From an uncultured Bifidobacterium sp. (GTDB lineage: Bacteria; Actinomycetota; Acidimicrobiia; Acidimicrobiales; Ilumatobacteraceae), in assembly GCA_964344425.1 (NCBI GenBank), contig CAYFNP010000001.1:1-24593 (forward strand): a stretch of 24,593 bases of DNA, given 5' to 3'. The position numbers were made by a program, and so were the translations under genes. Under the pieces are notes generated by a model. It saw only the letters and a program-made list of their open reading frames with translations, was not told the DNA's origin and searched no databases. This document shows, one piece after another, positions 16,562-24,142 of the stretch (position 1 is its first letter; each line of letters opens with the position of its first letter).

Positions 16562-17064
16562 GCGCATTTGCCGCGCGCGTGAACCGGCGGATGAAGTCGC
16601 GGCCAGTCTGGCTGCTGATGGTCGCGGTCACCGTCGCACTGTTGGCGCTCGGGGCATCGCGATCATCGGGTCCATCGACCCAGTCCGAGCGAATCGATGC
16701 GGTTTCGAAACGACTCGCGTGTCCGACATGCGACGGTGAAAGCGTCTACGTCAGCCGCGCATCCGCAGCCGAGGCGATCCGCAACGAGATCGCCAGACAG
16801 GTCGCTGCCGGTCAGCGCTCCGACGACGCGATCGTTTCGTACATCGAGTCGCGTTTCCCCGGCAGTCTGCTTTTGCCCCCCGCCGAGGGTGTCGACTCGC
16901 TCGTGTGGGTTCTTCCCGTGGTCGCACTGGTCTGTGGTTTCGGCGGACTTGCGATGGTCTTCCGACGCTGGCGTCGAGAGGGAGCGGTTCGTGCCGACTC
17001 CGACGACGACTCCATCGTTGCTGCCGCGATGCACGACTTCGACGACCCCACCGAGGGTCTGTGA
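16558..17064 (+). CDS. ccmH: CcmH (CcmL/CycL-type N-terminal domain)
   Basis: RLACPTCDGESV, SDDAIVSYIESRF, LVWVLP TM; ATGA overlap with ccmG. Confidence 0.88.
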   Translation: MSAFAARVNRRMKSRPVWLLMVAVTVALLALGASRSSGPSTQSERIDAVSKRLACPTCDGESVYVSRASAAEAIRNEIARQVAAGQRSDDAIVSYIESRFPGSLLLPPAEGVDSLVWVLPVVALVCGFGGLAMVFRRWRREGAVRADSDDDSIVAAAMHDFDDPTEGL

Positions 17065-17079
17065 ACCGGGATCGCAAAC

Positions 17080-17820
17080 ATGGATGATGCAACCCGCCGT
17101 GGTCTCGAGGAGCAACGCGACTTCCTCCTCGCGTCGCTGCGCGATCTCGAACGCGAGCAAGCCGCGGGTGATGTCGACGCCAACGACTACGAGGCGCTGC
17201 GCAGCAGCTACACCGCCCGCGCGGCGGCGATCATCCGACAACTCGCCAACGCAGACGACCGGCCAACCGACGAGCAAGTGGTCGACGAATCTCGCAGTGG
17301 GGGCAAACTGCGGAGGTCGCTCGCGGTCGCCGCATTCGTGGTGGTGGCCGTCGGCCTTGGCGTCTTCGTCGCACGCCAAAGCGGTCAGCGTCTGCCGGGA
17401 GGCACATCGTCGGGCGGCATCGCCGAGAGCACCGCGAACAAGCTCGCCCAGGCCCGTCAGTTGAACTTCTCCGACCCGATCTCGGCGATCAATCTGTACA
17501 GCGACGTACTCAAAGTCGACCCCGACAACGTCGAGGCGCTGACCTACCGCTCGTGGCTGCTGGCGCTGACGGCGCGCGACGCCGAGCAGTCGGTGCGCGA
17601 TGCGGCGGTGCAAACCGCGATTGTCGGCCTGGGGCGTGCGACGTTGATCGACGACGGATACCCCGACGCGCACTGTTTCCTCGGCATCGTCAGCTTTCGC
17701 TTCGCCAACGACGTGACGACCGCCAAGGAAGAACTGGCGAAGTGCAAGGCCGCCAATCCGCCCGCCGAAGTGCGCGGATTCGTCGACTCAGTAATTGCCG
17801 AAGTCGACGCGGCTGGGTGA
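17080..17820 (+). CDS. CcmI/CycH-like TPR membrane protein
   Basis: N-terminal helical region (LRDLEREQAAGD...YEALR), one TM, then TPR-like repeats (VLKVDPDNVEALTYRSWL; YPDAHCFLGIV); follows ccmH. Confidence 0.7.
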   Translation: MDDATRRGLEEQRDFLLASLRDLEREQAAGDVDANDYEALRSSYTARAAAIIRQLANADDRPTDEQVVDESRSGGKLRRSLAVAAFVVVAVGLGVFVARQSGQRLPGGTSSGGIAESTANKLAQARQLNFSDPISAINLYSDVLKVDPDNVEALTYRSWLLALTARDAEQSVRDAAVQTAIVGLGRATLIDDGYPDAHCFLGIVSFRFANDVTTAKEELAKCKAANPPAEVRGFVDSVIAEVDAAG

Positions 17821-17830
17821 GAATCCTTCC

Positions 17831-18442
17831 ATGGGATTCTTCGATCGCAACAGGGACGAAGTCGTCGCCAAGGGCTACGACCCTTCGCGTTTGCCACCCG
17901 GCCAGTACCTGACAGACAAGTTCCCGGTTCTGCACGTGGGTGATGTTCCCGAGTACGAGCCGGGCCAATGGAACATGCGCATCTTCGGCGACGTCGACAA
18001 CGAGTTCACTCTCGACTTCGAGCAGTTGACCGCGCTGCCCAGCGTTGCGGTCACCACCGACATTCACTGTGTCACCAAGTGGTCGAAATTCGACACGACA
18101 TGGCGTGGTGTGCGGATTCGCGACCTGTTCGACCGGGCCGGTCTGCGGTCCACCGCGACGCACTTCATCGGTCACGCCGAGTACGGGTACACGGCGAACC
18201 TTCCCCTTGCCGACGTGCTGCGCGACGACGCGCTGGTCGTGTTCGAGTACGAGGGCGAAGCGATCGAACCCATCCACGGTGGACCCGTGCGATTGCTCGT
18301 TCCGCACCTCTACTTCTGGAAGTCACCGAAGTGGTTGCGCGGCATCGAAGCGCGTGTCGGCGACGCGGCCGGTTTCTGGGAGCGCAACGGATACCACATG
18401 TACGGAGACCCGTTCCGCGAACAGCGATTCTGGGGCGACTAA
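17831..18442 (+). CDS. Sulfite oxidase-like molybdopterin oxidoreductase (YuiH/MsrP-like, no signal peptide), 203 aa
   Basis: RLPPGQY, FPVLH, DIHCVTKWS (Mo-ligand Cys), HGGPVRLLVPHLYFWKSPKW, GFWERNGYH. ATG at 17831. Confidence 0.9.
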   Translation: MGFFDRNRDEVVAKGYDPSRLPPGQYLTDKFPVLHVGDVPEYEPGQWNMRIFGDVDNEFTLDFEQLTALPSVAVTTDIHCVTKWSKFDTTWRGVRIRDLFDRAGLRSTATHFIGHAEYGYTANLPLADVLRDDALVVFEYEGEAIEPIHGGPVRLLVPHLYFWKSPKWLRGIEARVGDAAGFWERNGYHMYGDPFREQRFWGD

Positions 18443-19203
18443 ACCGTCGTTGCGCAGAAGGTGTCGCCCTGCGGCAGCGATGCCTGCAGTTCGGGACTCG
18501 TGTCGCCGTAGAGAGCGCCGAGCATGCCCTTCACCATTCCGCGGTCGACCGCGCAGATGACCGGGTGCTCGATGGCGACGTCGCCGAAAGGGCAGTGGTT
18601 GTTCACGATGCGCAACTGGTTGTTGCGTTGGTCGGCGTGGGCGGCAAAGCCGTGCGCGGTCAGCGCATCGGCAACCGCCTGCATCGCGGTGCGCAACGAA
18701 CGCTGGCCTGTCGCGAGATCGTCGCCGACGAGGCCCGCGGCGAGCGCGCGACCGTATTGCGCTCCGACCTCTTCGGCCATTGCCTCGGCGCGGTCACGCG
18801 GAAGATTTTCAAGGGCCTTTCCGAGCAGGCTGAGAACGAGATCGTCGCTGCGCACCTGAGTCTCGAGCGGTGACGGCCCGACCGATCGGTAGTGCTTGGA
18901 CGGACGTCCGGCCCCGCCGCCGTGCGGCTTTTCGATCGCGGCCTCGACGTAACCGCCGGCCGCGAGTTTGTCGAGGTGGTGGCGTGCGACGTTGGGGTGC
19001 AGGTCGAACTTCTCGGCGACCTGTGACGCAGTGACACCGTTGGCGCGGGGTGCGCTCGAGTTTTCGCGAACGAAGAGATAGACGGCACGCCGGGTGGGGT
19101 CGCCGAACGCGGACGTGATTGCGCTGACCGTTGCGGTGAACGCGCCGGCGGACATGTCTCCGTCGCGGATTTGTGCGTCTTGCGTGATGCGCTCGCGGGC
19201 CAC
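18439..19203 (-). CDS. SufR-like winged-HTH regulator with a C-terminal Cys triad
   Basis: DPTRRAVY, HPNVARHHLDKL, GAGRPSKHY; C-terminal CPF, VICAVD and DTFC (C-X12-C-X2-D...C). TAGAAT-N6-GTG supports the 19203 start. Confidence 0.8.
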   Translation of the reverse strand: MARERITQDAQIRDGDMSAGAFTATVSAITSAFGDPTRRAVYLFVRENSSAPRANGVTASQVAEKFDLHPNVARHHLDKLAAGGYVEAAIEKPHGGGAGRPSKHYRSVGPSPLETQVRSDDLVLSLLGKALENLPRDRAEAMAEEVGAQYGRALAAGLVGDDLATGQRSLRTAMQAVADALTAHGFAAHADQRNNQLRIVNNHCPFGDVAIEHPVICAVDRGMVKGMLGALYGDTSPELQASLPQGDTFCATTV

Positions 19204-19244
19204 ACGGGTATTCTACCTACCGCGATAGTGCAAATTCGTCGCAC

Positions 19245-19257
19245 GTTCTCGCAGAAC
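19245..19257. promoter_or_regulatory. Candidate operator inverted repeat GTTCT-N3-AGAAC
   Basis: Located in the 86-bp divergent intergenic region between the SufR-like gene and mrp; a weaker GTGC-N9-GCAC lies at 19228-19244. Confidence 0.3.
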
Positions 19258-19289
19258 CCCCGACACACCCCCGAAAGAGCTTCTCCATC

Positions 19290-20435
19290 ATGGCCATTTC
19301 GACCGACGCCGTCATCGAACTCCTCCGTCCCGTGCAGGATCCCGAACTGCATCGTTCGATCGTCGACCTCGGCATGGTGCGCGATGTGTCGGTGGGTCGC
19401 AAGGGTGACGTTTCGCTGACCGTCGTGCTGACCATCGCCGGATGTCCGTTGCGCAACGAAATCCAGAATCGTGTGAACTCGGCGCTGACGACGCACCCCG
19501 ACGTGTCGTCGGTGAAACTCGAGTTCGGAGTCATGAACGATGCCGAGCGCGAGAACGTGCGGCGCATGCTGCACGGTGACGCTGCTGCGACCGCGGGCAG
19601 CAATCAGGCGCACGGTCATGCCGAGGGCCGGGCGATTCCGTTTTCGCAGCCCGGTTCGAAGACGCGGCCCCTTCTCATCTCTTCAGGAAAGGGTGGCGTC
19701 GGCAAGAGCAGCGTCACGACGAACCTCGCCGTCGCCCTCGCCGCACGTGGTCACTCCGTCGGCATCGTCGATGCCGACATCTACGGCTTTTCGATTCCCC
19801 GCATGCTCGGTGCCGATCGCGACCCGGTCGTCATCGACCAGATGTTGGTACCACCCGAGGCGTGGGGAGTGCGTTGCATCTCCATCGGTTACTTCGTTCC
19901 CGACGGCCAGGCGGTCATCTGGCGCGGACCGATGCTGCACAAGGCGCTCGAGCAGTTCCTCACCGACGTGTTCTGGGACGAGCCCGACTTTCTTCTCATT
20001 GACATGCCGCCCGGCACCGGCGACATCGCGCTCAGCCTCAGTCAATACCTGCCCCGCGGCGAGGTGTACGTCGTCACGACGCCGCAACCGGCGGCGCAGA
20101 AAGTGGCCCGTCTGTCGGCCGCGATGGCGGCGAAGGTGAACCTGCCGGTGCGCGGTGTCATCGAAAACATGTCGTGGTTCACGGGCGACGACGGCAAGCG
20201 CTACGAAATCTTCGGTTCGGGCGGAGGTCGCGAACTCGCCGATGAACTGGGCGTTCCGCTGCTTGCCAGCATTCCGCTCGTGCCCGTATTGCGCGAAGGT
20301 GGCGACGACGGTCGTCCCATTGCGGCGGTGCAGCCCGACAGCGAAGCGGGCAGGGCGTTCCACGAACTTGCGGCTCAGGTCGCAACGACCTTGCGCCCGA
20401 AGAAGGTCTTCAACGCGGAACTGAAGATCTCGTAA
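19290..20435 (+). CDS. mrp: Mrp/ApbC/NBP35 Fe-S carrier-family ATPase with N-terminal DUF59 (SufT/MIP18) domain
   Basis: DPE-X28-TIAGC; SGKGGVGKS; DADIYG; VIWRGPMLHKALEQF; DMPPGTGD; TTPQ; IENMS. Confidence 0.93.
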   Translation: MAISTDAVIELLRPVQDPELHRSIVDLGMVRDVSVGRKGDVSLTVVLTIAGCPLRNEIQNRVNSALTTHPDVSSVKLEFGVMNDAERENVRRMLHGDAAATAGSNQAHGHAEGRAIPFSQPGSKTRPLLISSGKGGVGKSSVTTNLAVALAARGHSVGIVDADIYGFSIPRMLGADRDPVVIDQMLVPPEAWGVRCISIGYFVPDGQAVIWRGPMLHKALEQFLTDVFWDEPDFLLIDMPPGTGDIALSLSQYLPRGEVYVVTTPQPAAQKVARLSAAMAAKVNLPVRGVIENMSWFTGDDGKRYEIFGSGGGRELADELGVPLLASIPLVPVLREGGDDGRPIAAVQPDSEAGRAFHELAAQVATTLRPKKVFNAELKIS

Positions 20436-20450
20436 TCGAACGACATCTCG

Positions 20451-20462
20451 TAGGGTGGGGTC
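20451..20462 (+). promoter_or_regulatory. Leaderless-type -10 element for the DUF3107 gene
   Basis: TAGGGT (20451-20456), 6 nt, then ATG 20463; no SD. Confidence 0.55.
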
Positions 20463-20699
20463 ATGGAAATTCGCATCGGTATGAGCCAGGTCGGACGCGA
20501 GATCGTCGTCGAGGTCGACGACGACGACAAGACCCGTGATCAATTGAAGAACGCGGTCAGCGCCGCGTTGTCCGGTGCGTCCGACACGCTGTGGATCACC
20601 GACAAGAAGGGCCGCGAGGTGGCGATCCCCGGTGGTCGCATCGCATTCGTCGAATTCGGTTCGCCCGACGCGGCGCGCAGAATCGGTTTCGGAGACTAG
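20463..20699 (+). CDS. DUF3107 family protein (Rv3208A/TB9.4-like)
   Basis: MEIRIGMSQVGREIVVE...LWITDKKGREVAIPGGRIAFVEFG matches the DUF3107 pattern as I recall it (M.v.IGv....REl......l.L.D.kGr...vP...iAyVE.G). Confidence 0.85.
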   Translation: MEIRIGMSQVGREIVVEVDDDDKTRDQLKNAVSAALSGASDTLWITDKKGREVAIPGGRIAFVEFGSPDAARRIGFGD

Positions 20700-20701
20700 A
20701 A

Positions 20702-21541
20702 CTGCCGCGCATCACCGACCGCCGCCTGGTGCTTGTCACCGGAAAGGGTGGCGTCGGTAAGTCCACCGTTGCATCGGCCATTGCGTTGGTCGCGGCACAG
20801 CGAGGAAAGAAGACCCTCCTCGTCTCGATGGACGGCAAGGAGCCGGTCGTTGCAACGACGGCCAACCTGGACACCTTGGTCTTCACGACCGAAGAGGCCC
20901 TGCGCGAGTACATCGCTCTCTACGTGAAGATTCCCTTTGTCAGTCGGCTCGGGCTGCTCGCCCAGACGCTCGATTTCGTCGCCGATGCGGCACCGGGTGT
21001 GAAAGAAATCCTCGCGGTCGGAAAGGTCTGCCACGAGGCGAGAACGGGGCTCCACGACGTGGTGGTGGTCGACGCCGAGAGCTCGGGTCATTTCGTCAGT
21101 CAGGTATCGACACCACGCACGATCCGCTCGCTCGCCCAGGTGGGCATGTTGCGTGAACAGACCGACTGGATGATCGCGATGTTGTCCGATCCGTCGGTCA
21201 CCGCGACGGTCGTCGTGACGACACCCGAGGAGAGTCCCGTCGACGAGACCATCGGTCTTGTGTCCGCGATTCGCGAACGCGCCAACGTCGACGTTCCCGC
21301 GGTCGTCGTCAACCGCATGCCCGCCGTGGCGCCCACCTCGGGTGATGACATCGCGCCGCGGGTCGTGTCGACGCTGCGACGCCGGCACGCAACCGCAGCC
21401 GGAGAGGTCGGCCGACTCGTCGGTGGGCTGGCCGCGGGCACCGACGTGGTTGTCGCTCCGGTCCTGCGGACGAACGACGCCGTCGAAACCGTGGTGGCCC
21501 TCGCCGCCTCACTCGACCTCGAATTCGGTGAGGCATTGTGA
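20702..21541 (+). CDS. ArsA/Get3-like ATPase subunit A (Rv3679/BagA-like); start codon uncertain (CTG 20702 or GTG 20729)
   Basis: RRLVLVTGKGGVGKST, EALREY, AAPGVKEIL, VVVDAESSGH, TTPEESPVDET, VVNR. The 20591 extension is an alternative frame of DUF3107. Confidence 0.85.
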   Translation: MPRITDRRLVLVTGKGGVGKSTVASAIALVAAQRGKKTLLVSMDGKEPVVATTANLDTLVFTTEEALREYIALYVKIPFVSRLGLLAQTLDFVADAAPGVKEILAVGKVCHEARTGLHDVVVVDAESSGHFVSQVSTPRTIRSLAQVGMLREQTDWMIAMLSDPSVTATVVVTTPEESPVDETIGLVSAIRERANVDVPAVVVNRMPAVAPTSGDDIAPRVVSTLRRRHATAAGEVGRLVGGLAAGTDVVVAPVLRTNDAVETVVALAASLDLEFGEAL

Positions 21542-22590
21542 CGGACACGCAGACAGCGGTTCGGGTCCTTGTCGTCACCGGTGCGGGTGGCGTCGGTAAG
21601 TCCACGGTGTCGGCCGCGATCGCCGCACGTCGGGCCCGCAACGATGGCGAGCGCGTGCTGTTGATCACGGTCGATCCCGCGCGCCGACTGGCTGCTTCGA
21701 TGGGAGTGATCGCCGAGGGAAACGACATCGTCGAGGTCGGAGGTGGCGCGGCGCCTTTCTGGGTGTCGATGCTCGACACCCAACGGGGTTGGGATGCGCT
21801 CGTCGAGCGGGTCGCGCCCGACGAACGAACCGCCCGACGCATCCTGTCGAACGGCCTCTACAGAAACATCACATCGCGCTTCGTCAACAGCCATGACTAC
21901 ATCGCCATCGAACGTCTGTGGGAAGTCGTTCGATCGGGACGCTTCGACACGGTCGTCGTCGACACACCACCGTCACGCAACGCCCTCAGCGTCATCGATG
22001 CGGCACCGCGCATGCGCGAGTTTTTCGCGAGCCGCCTTCTGCGGTGGCTGACCCTGCCTTCGTCGAACAGGGTCGTGGCACTCACTTCGCGGCCGTTCTT
22101 TTTCGTCGCCGACCGAGTACTGGGGGCGCGGTTCCTTTCCGATGTTGCCGAGTTCTTCGCGCTCTTCAGATTGATGGAGCCGTCGTTCACGGCACATGCA
22201 TCCGAGGTCGAGTCGATGTTGCGCGCCGACACGACGGACTTCGTCGTCGTGACGACCGCCGAGCCGGTACCGGTTGCCGAGGCCGATCATCTCGTGACGG
22301 AACTCCGCGCGCGGAACTTGCGACTCTCGGCGGTGGTGTTCAACCGGCTGATCGACGAAGAAACGAAGAGCGAGGCGCGCAGCGTCGTCGGTTCCGTAAC
22401 GGACCGGACCCTTTCCGTGGCGATCGACGGGATACTCGCCACCGTGGCGGCCGAAGACCGCATCGTCAACGACGTCGCGTCACGCCACGGGTGTCCCGTC
22501 GTGCGCATCGGGGAGACGGATTCGCCCGTCAACGACGTTGCGGGCGTGCGCAATCTGGGGGAAGCGCTGGGGACGGCACTGGTCACCTGA
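21538..22590 (+). CDS. ArsA/Get3-like ATPase subunit B (Rv3680/BagB-like)
   Basis: VVTGAGGVGKST, TVDPARRLA, HDYIAIERL, VVDTPPSRNAL, VFNR; GTGA overlap with subunit A. Confidence 0.88.
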   Translation: MTDTQTAVRVLVVTGAGGVGKSTVSAAIAARRARNDGERVLLITVDPARRLAASMGVIAEGNDIVEVGGGAAPFWVSMLDTQRGWDALVERVAPDERTARRILSNGLYRNITSRFVNSHDYIAIERLWEVVRSGRFDTVVVDTPPSRNALSVIDAAPRMREFFASRLLRWLTLPSSNRVVALTSRPFFFVADRVLGARFLSDVAEFFALFRLMEPSFTAHASEVESMLRADTTDFVVVTTAEPVPVAEADHLVTELRARNLRLSAVVFNRLIDEETKSEARSVVGSVTDRTLSVAIDGILATVAAEDRIVNDVASRHGCPVVRIGETDSPVNDVAGVRNLGEALGTALVT

Positions 22591-22621
22591 CCCGACCCGT
22601 GCGGTCGGGCAGACTTCACCC

Positions 22622-24124
22622 ATGGCAACCCTCGGCGATCTCGCCCGGCAGCACACCGACCTCGACAAGGACGCCGTTGCGCACCTCCAGAATCTGGTGT
22701 CCGAATGGGGCATGCTCGCCGACTTCTGTTTCGCCGACCTTTTGTTGTACCTGCCGACGCATGACGGCGAATGGCTCGTGGCTGCACACGTACGTGCGGC
22801 CACCGGCCAAACCCTGTACATCGCCGACTCGGTCGGCACCACCGTCGATCTGGCGGAACGTCCGTTGATCGCCGGCGCGTATGCAAGCGGCGGCATCGAA
22901 GAGGGTGAAATCTCCGTCGACGGCATCGATGCGCCCGTGCGCATGCTCGCAATTCCCGTTCGCCACGGTTCGGGGCCGATCGCGGTCTTGACCCGCGAAT
23001 GGTCGACCCGATCGGGCCGGCAGCCGGGGGAACTCGAGCGCACCTACCTCGAGATCTTCGGCCGCTTTGCCGTCATGATCCGCGACGGTCTCTTTCCGTT
23101 CCCCGGCCGCGTTGCCGACTCGAGTCTTTCGCCGCGCGTCGGTGACGGTGTACTCGTCATCGACGACGATGCGAAGGTGCGCTACGCCTCGCCGAACGCC
23201 GTGTCCGCGTTGCACCGCGTGGGAATCGGGTCGAACAGCGTCGGCCAGACGTTGGCCGAACTCGGATTCACCGACAGCGCCGTGCGACAGGCGTTCGAAC
23301 GGCGCGAGCCCGTCGTCGAAGAATTCGACCAGACGGCAGAAGTCACGTTGCTCGCGCGGTGCATGCCACTGCTCGAAGCCGAGACACCGACCGGCGCGGT
23401 GCTGCTCTTGCGCGACGTATCCGAGCTTCGTCGGCGCGACCGGTTGATTCTGTCGAAGGACGCAACGATCCGCGAGATTCACCACCGCGTGAAGAACAAT
23501 CTTCAGACGATTTCGTCCCTGTTGCGGCTTCAGGCCCGCAGACTCGAATCCGTCGAGGCAAAGGCCGCCGTTGACGAATCGGTGCGTCGCATTCGCACGA
23601 TCGCACTCGTGCACGAAACGCTGTCACGCGAGCCGGGTGACGATGTCGCATTCATCGAGATCGTGCGGCCACTGTTGCGACTCGTCGAAGACAGCCTGCA
23701 GTCGCCCGACCGACCGGTGCGCTTCGTTGTCCACGGCGACGGAGGTCGGTTGCAGGCGACGGTCGCCACCCCGTTGTCGGTTGTCCTCACCGAGTTGTTG
23801 CAGAATGCCGTCGACCACGGATTCAAGGAAGGTCTCTCGGGAAGCGGTCAGGTTGCGGTGCACCTCGCCCAGGTGCGCGACGAAGACACGGGCGCGTCGT
23901 CGCTCAGGGTGCGCGTTCTCGACAACGGGGCCGGACTCACGCCCGACTTCGACATTGCGAACGCGACGGGTCTTGGCCTGTCGATCGTTCGCACGCTCGT
24001 GACCACCGAACTGGGCGGCACGATCACGATGCGGGGTGCAACCGCGCAGGACTACGCCGACGCCGACATTGAATCCGCAGGCGGAGGCACGCTGATCGAA
24101 CTCTCGGTTCCGCTGGGCGACTGA
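22622..24124 (+). CDS. pdtaS: Cytoplasmic GAF-PAS sensor histidine kinase PdtaS (500 aa)
   Basis: MATLGDL...EWGMLADFCFAD, SPRVGDG, YASPNA, SKDATIREIHHRVKNNLQ (HisKA_2), ELLQNAVDH, DNGAG, GLGLSIVRTLV; no TM. Convergent with whiB1, as in M. tuberculosis Rv3220c/Rv3219. Confidence 0.92.
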   Translation: MATLGDLARQHTDLDKDAVAHLQNLVSEWGMLADFCFADLLLYLPTHDGEWLVAAHVRAATGQTLYIADSVGTTVDLAERPLIAGAYASGGIEEGEISVDGIDAPVRMLAIPVRHGSGPIAVLTREWSTRSGRQPGELERTYLEIFGRFAVMIRDGLFPFPGRVADSSLSPRVGDGVLVIDDDAKVRYASPNAVSALHRVGIGSNSVGQTLAELGFTDSAVRQAFERREPVVEEFDQTAEVTLLARCMPLLEAETPTGAVLLLRDVSELRRRDRLILSKDATIREIHHRVKNNLQTISSLLRLQARRLESVEAKAAVDESVRRIRTIALVHETLSREPGDDVAFIEIVRPLLRLVEDSLQSPDRPVRFVVHGDGGRLQATVATPLSVVLTELLQNAVDHGFKEGLSGSGQVAVHLAQVRDEDTGASSLRVRVLDNGAGLTPDFDIANATGLGLSIVRTLVTTELGGTITMRGATAQDYADADIESAGGGTLIELSVPLGD

Positions 24125-24131
24125 CGTCGCC
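24116..24131. terminator. Short hairpin at the pdtaS stop between convergent genes
   Basis: GGCGAC-TGAC-GTCGCC: 6-bp stem with the TGA stop in the loop. Confidence 0.35.
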
Positions 24132-24142
24132 AATCCAACCGG

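Noticed and set aside
11274-18442. A c-type cytochrome substrate within the ccm operon
   Set aside because: No CxxCH in any supported CDS; the CVPC (CcmG) and CPTC (CcmH) motifs are redox dithiols.
20702-22590. Arsenic-resistance ArsA pump ATPase
   Set aside because: No arsB/acr3/arsD/arsC, no metalloid-binding Cys, and motifs match the Rv3679/Rv3680 Get3-like type.
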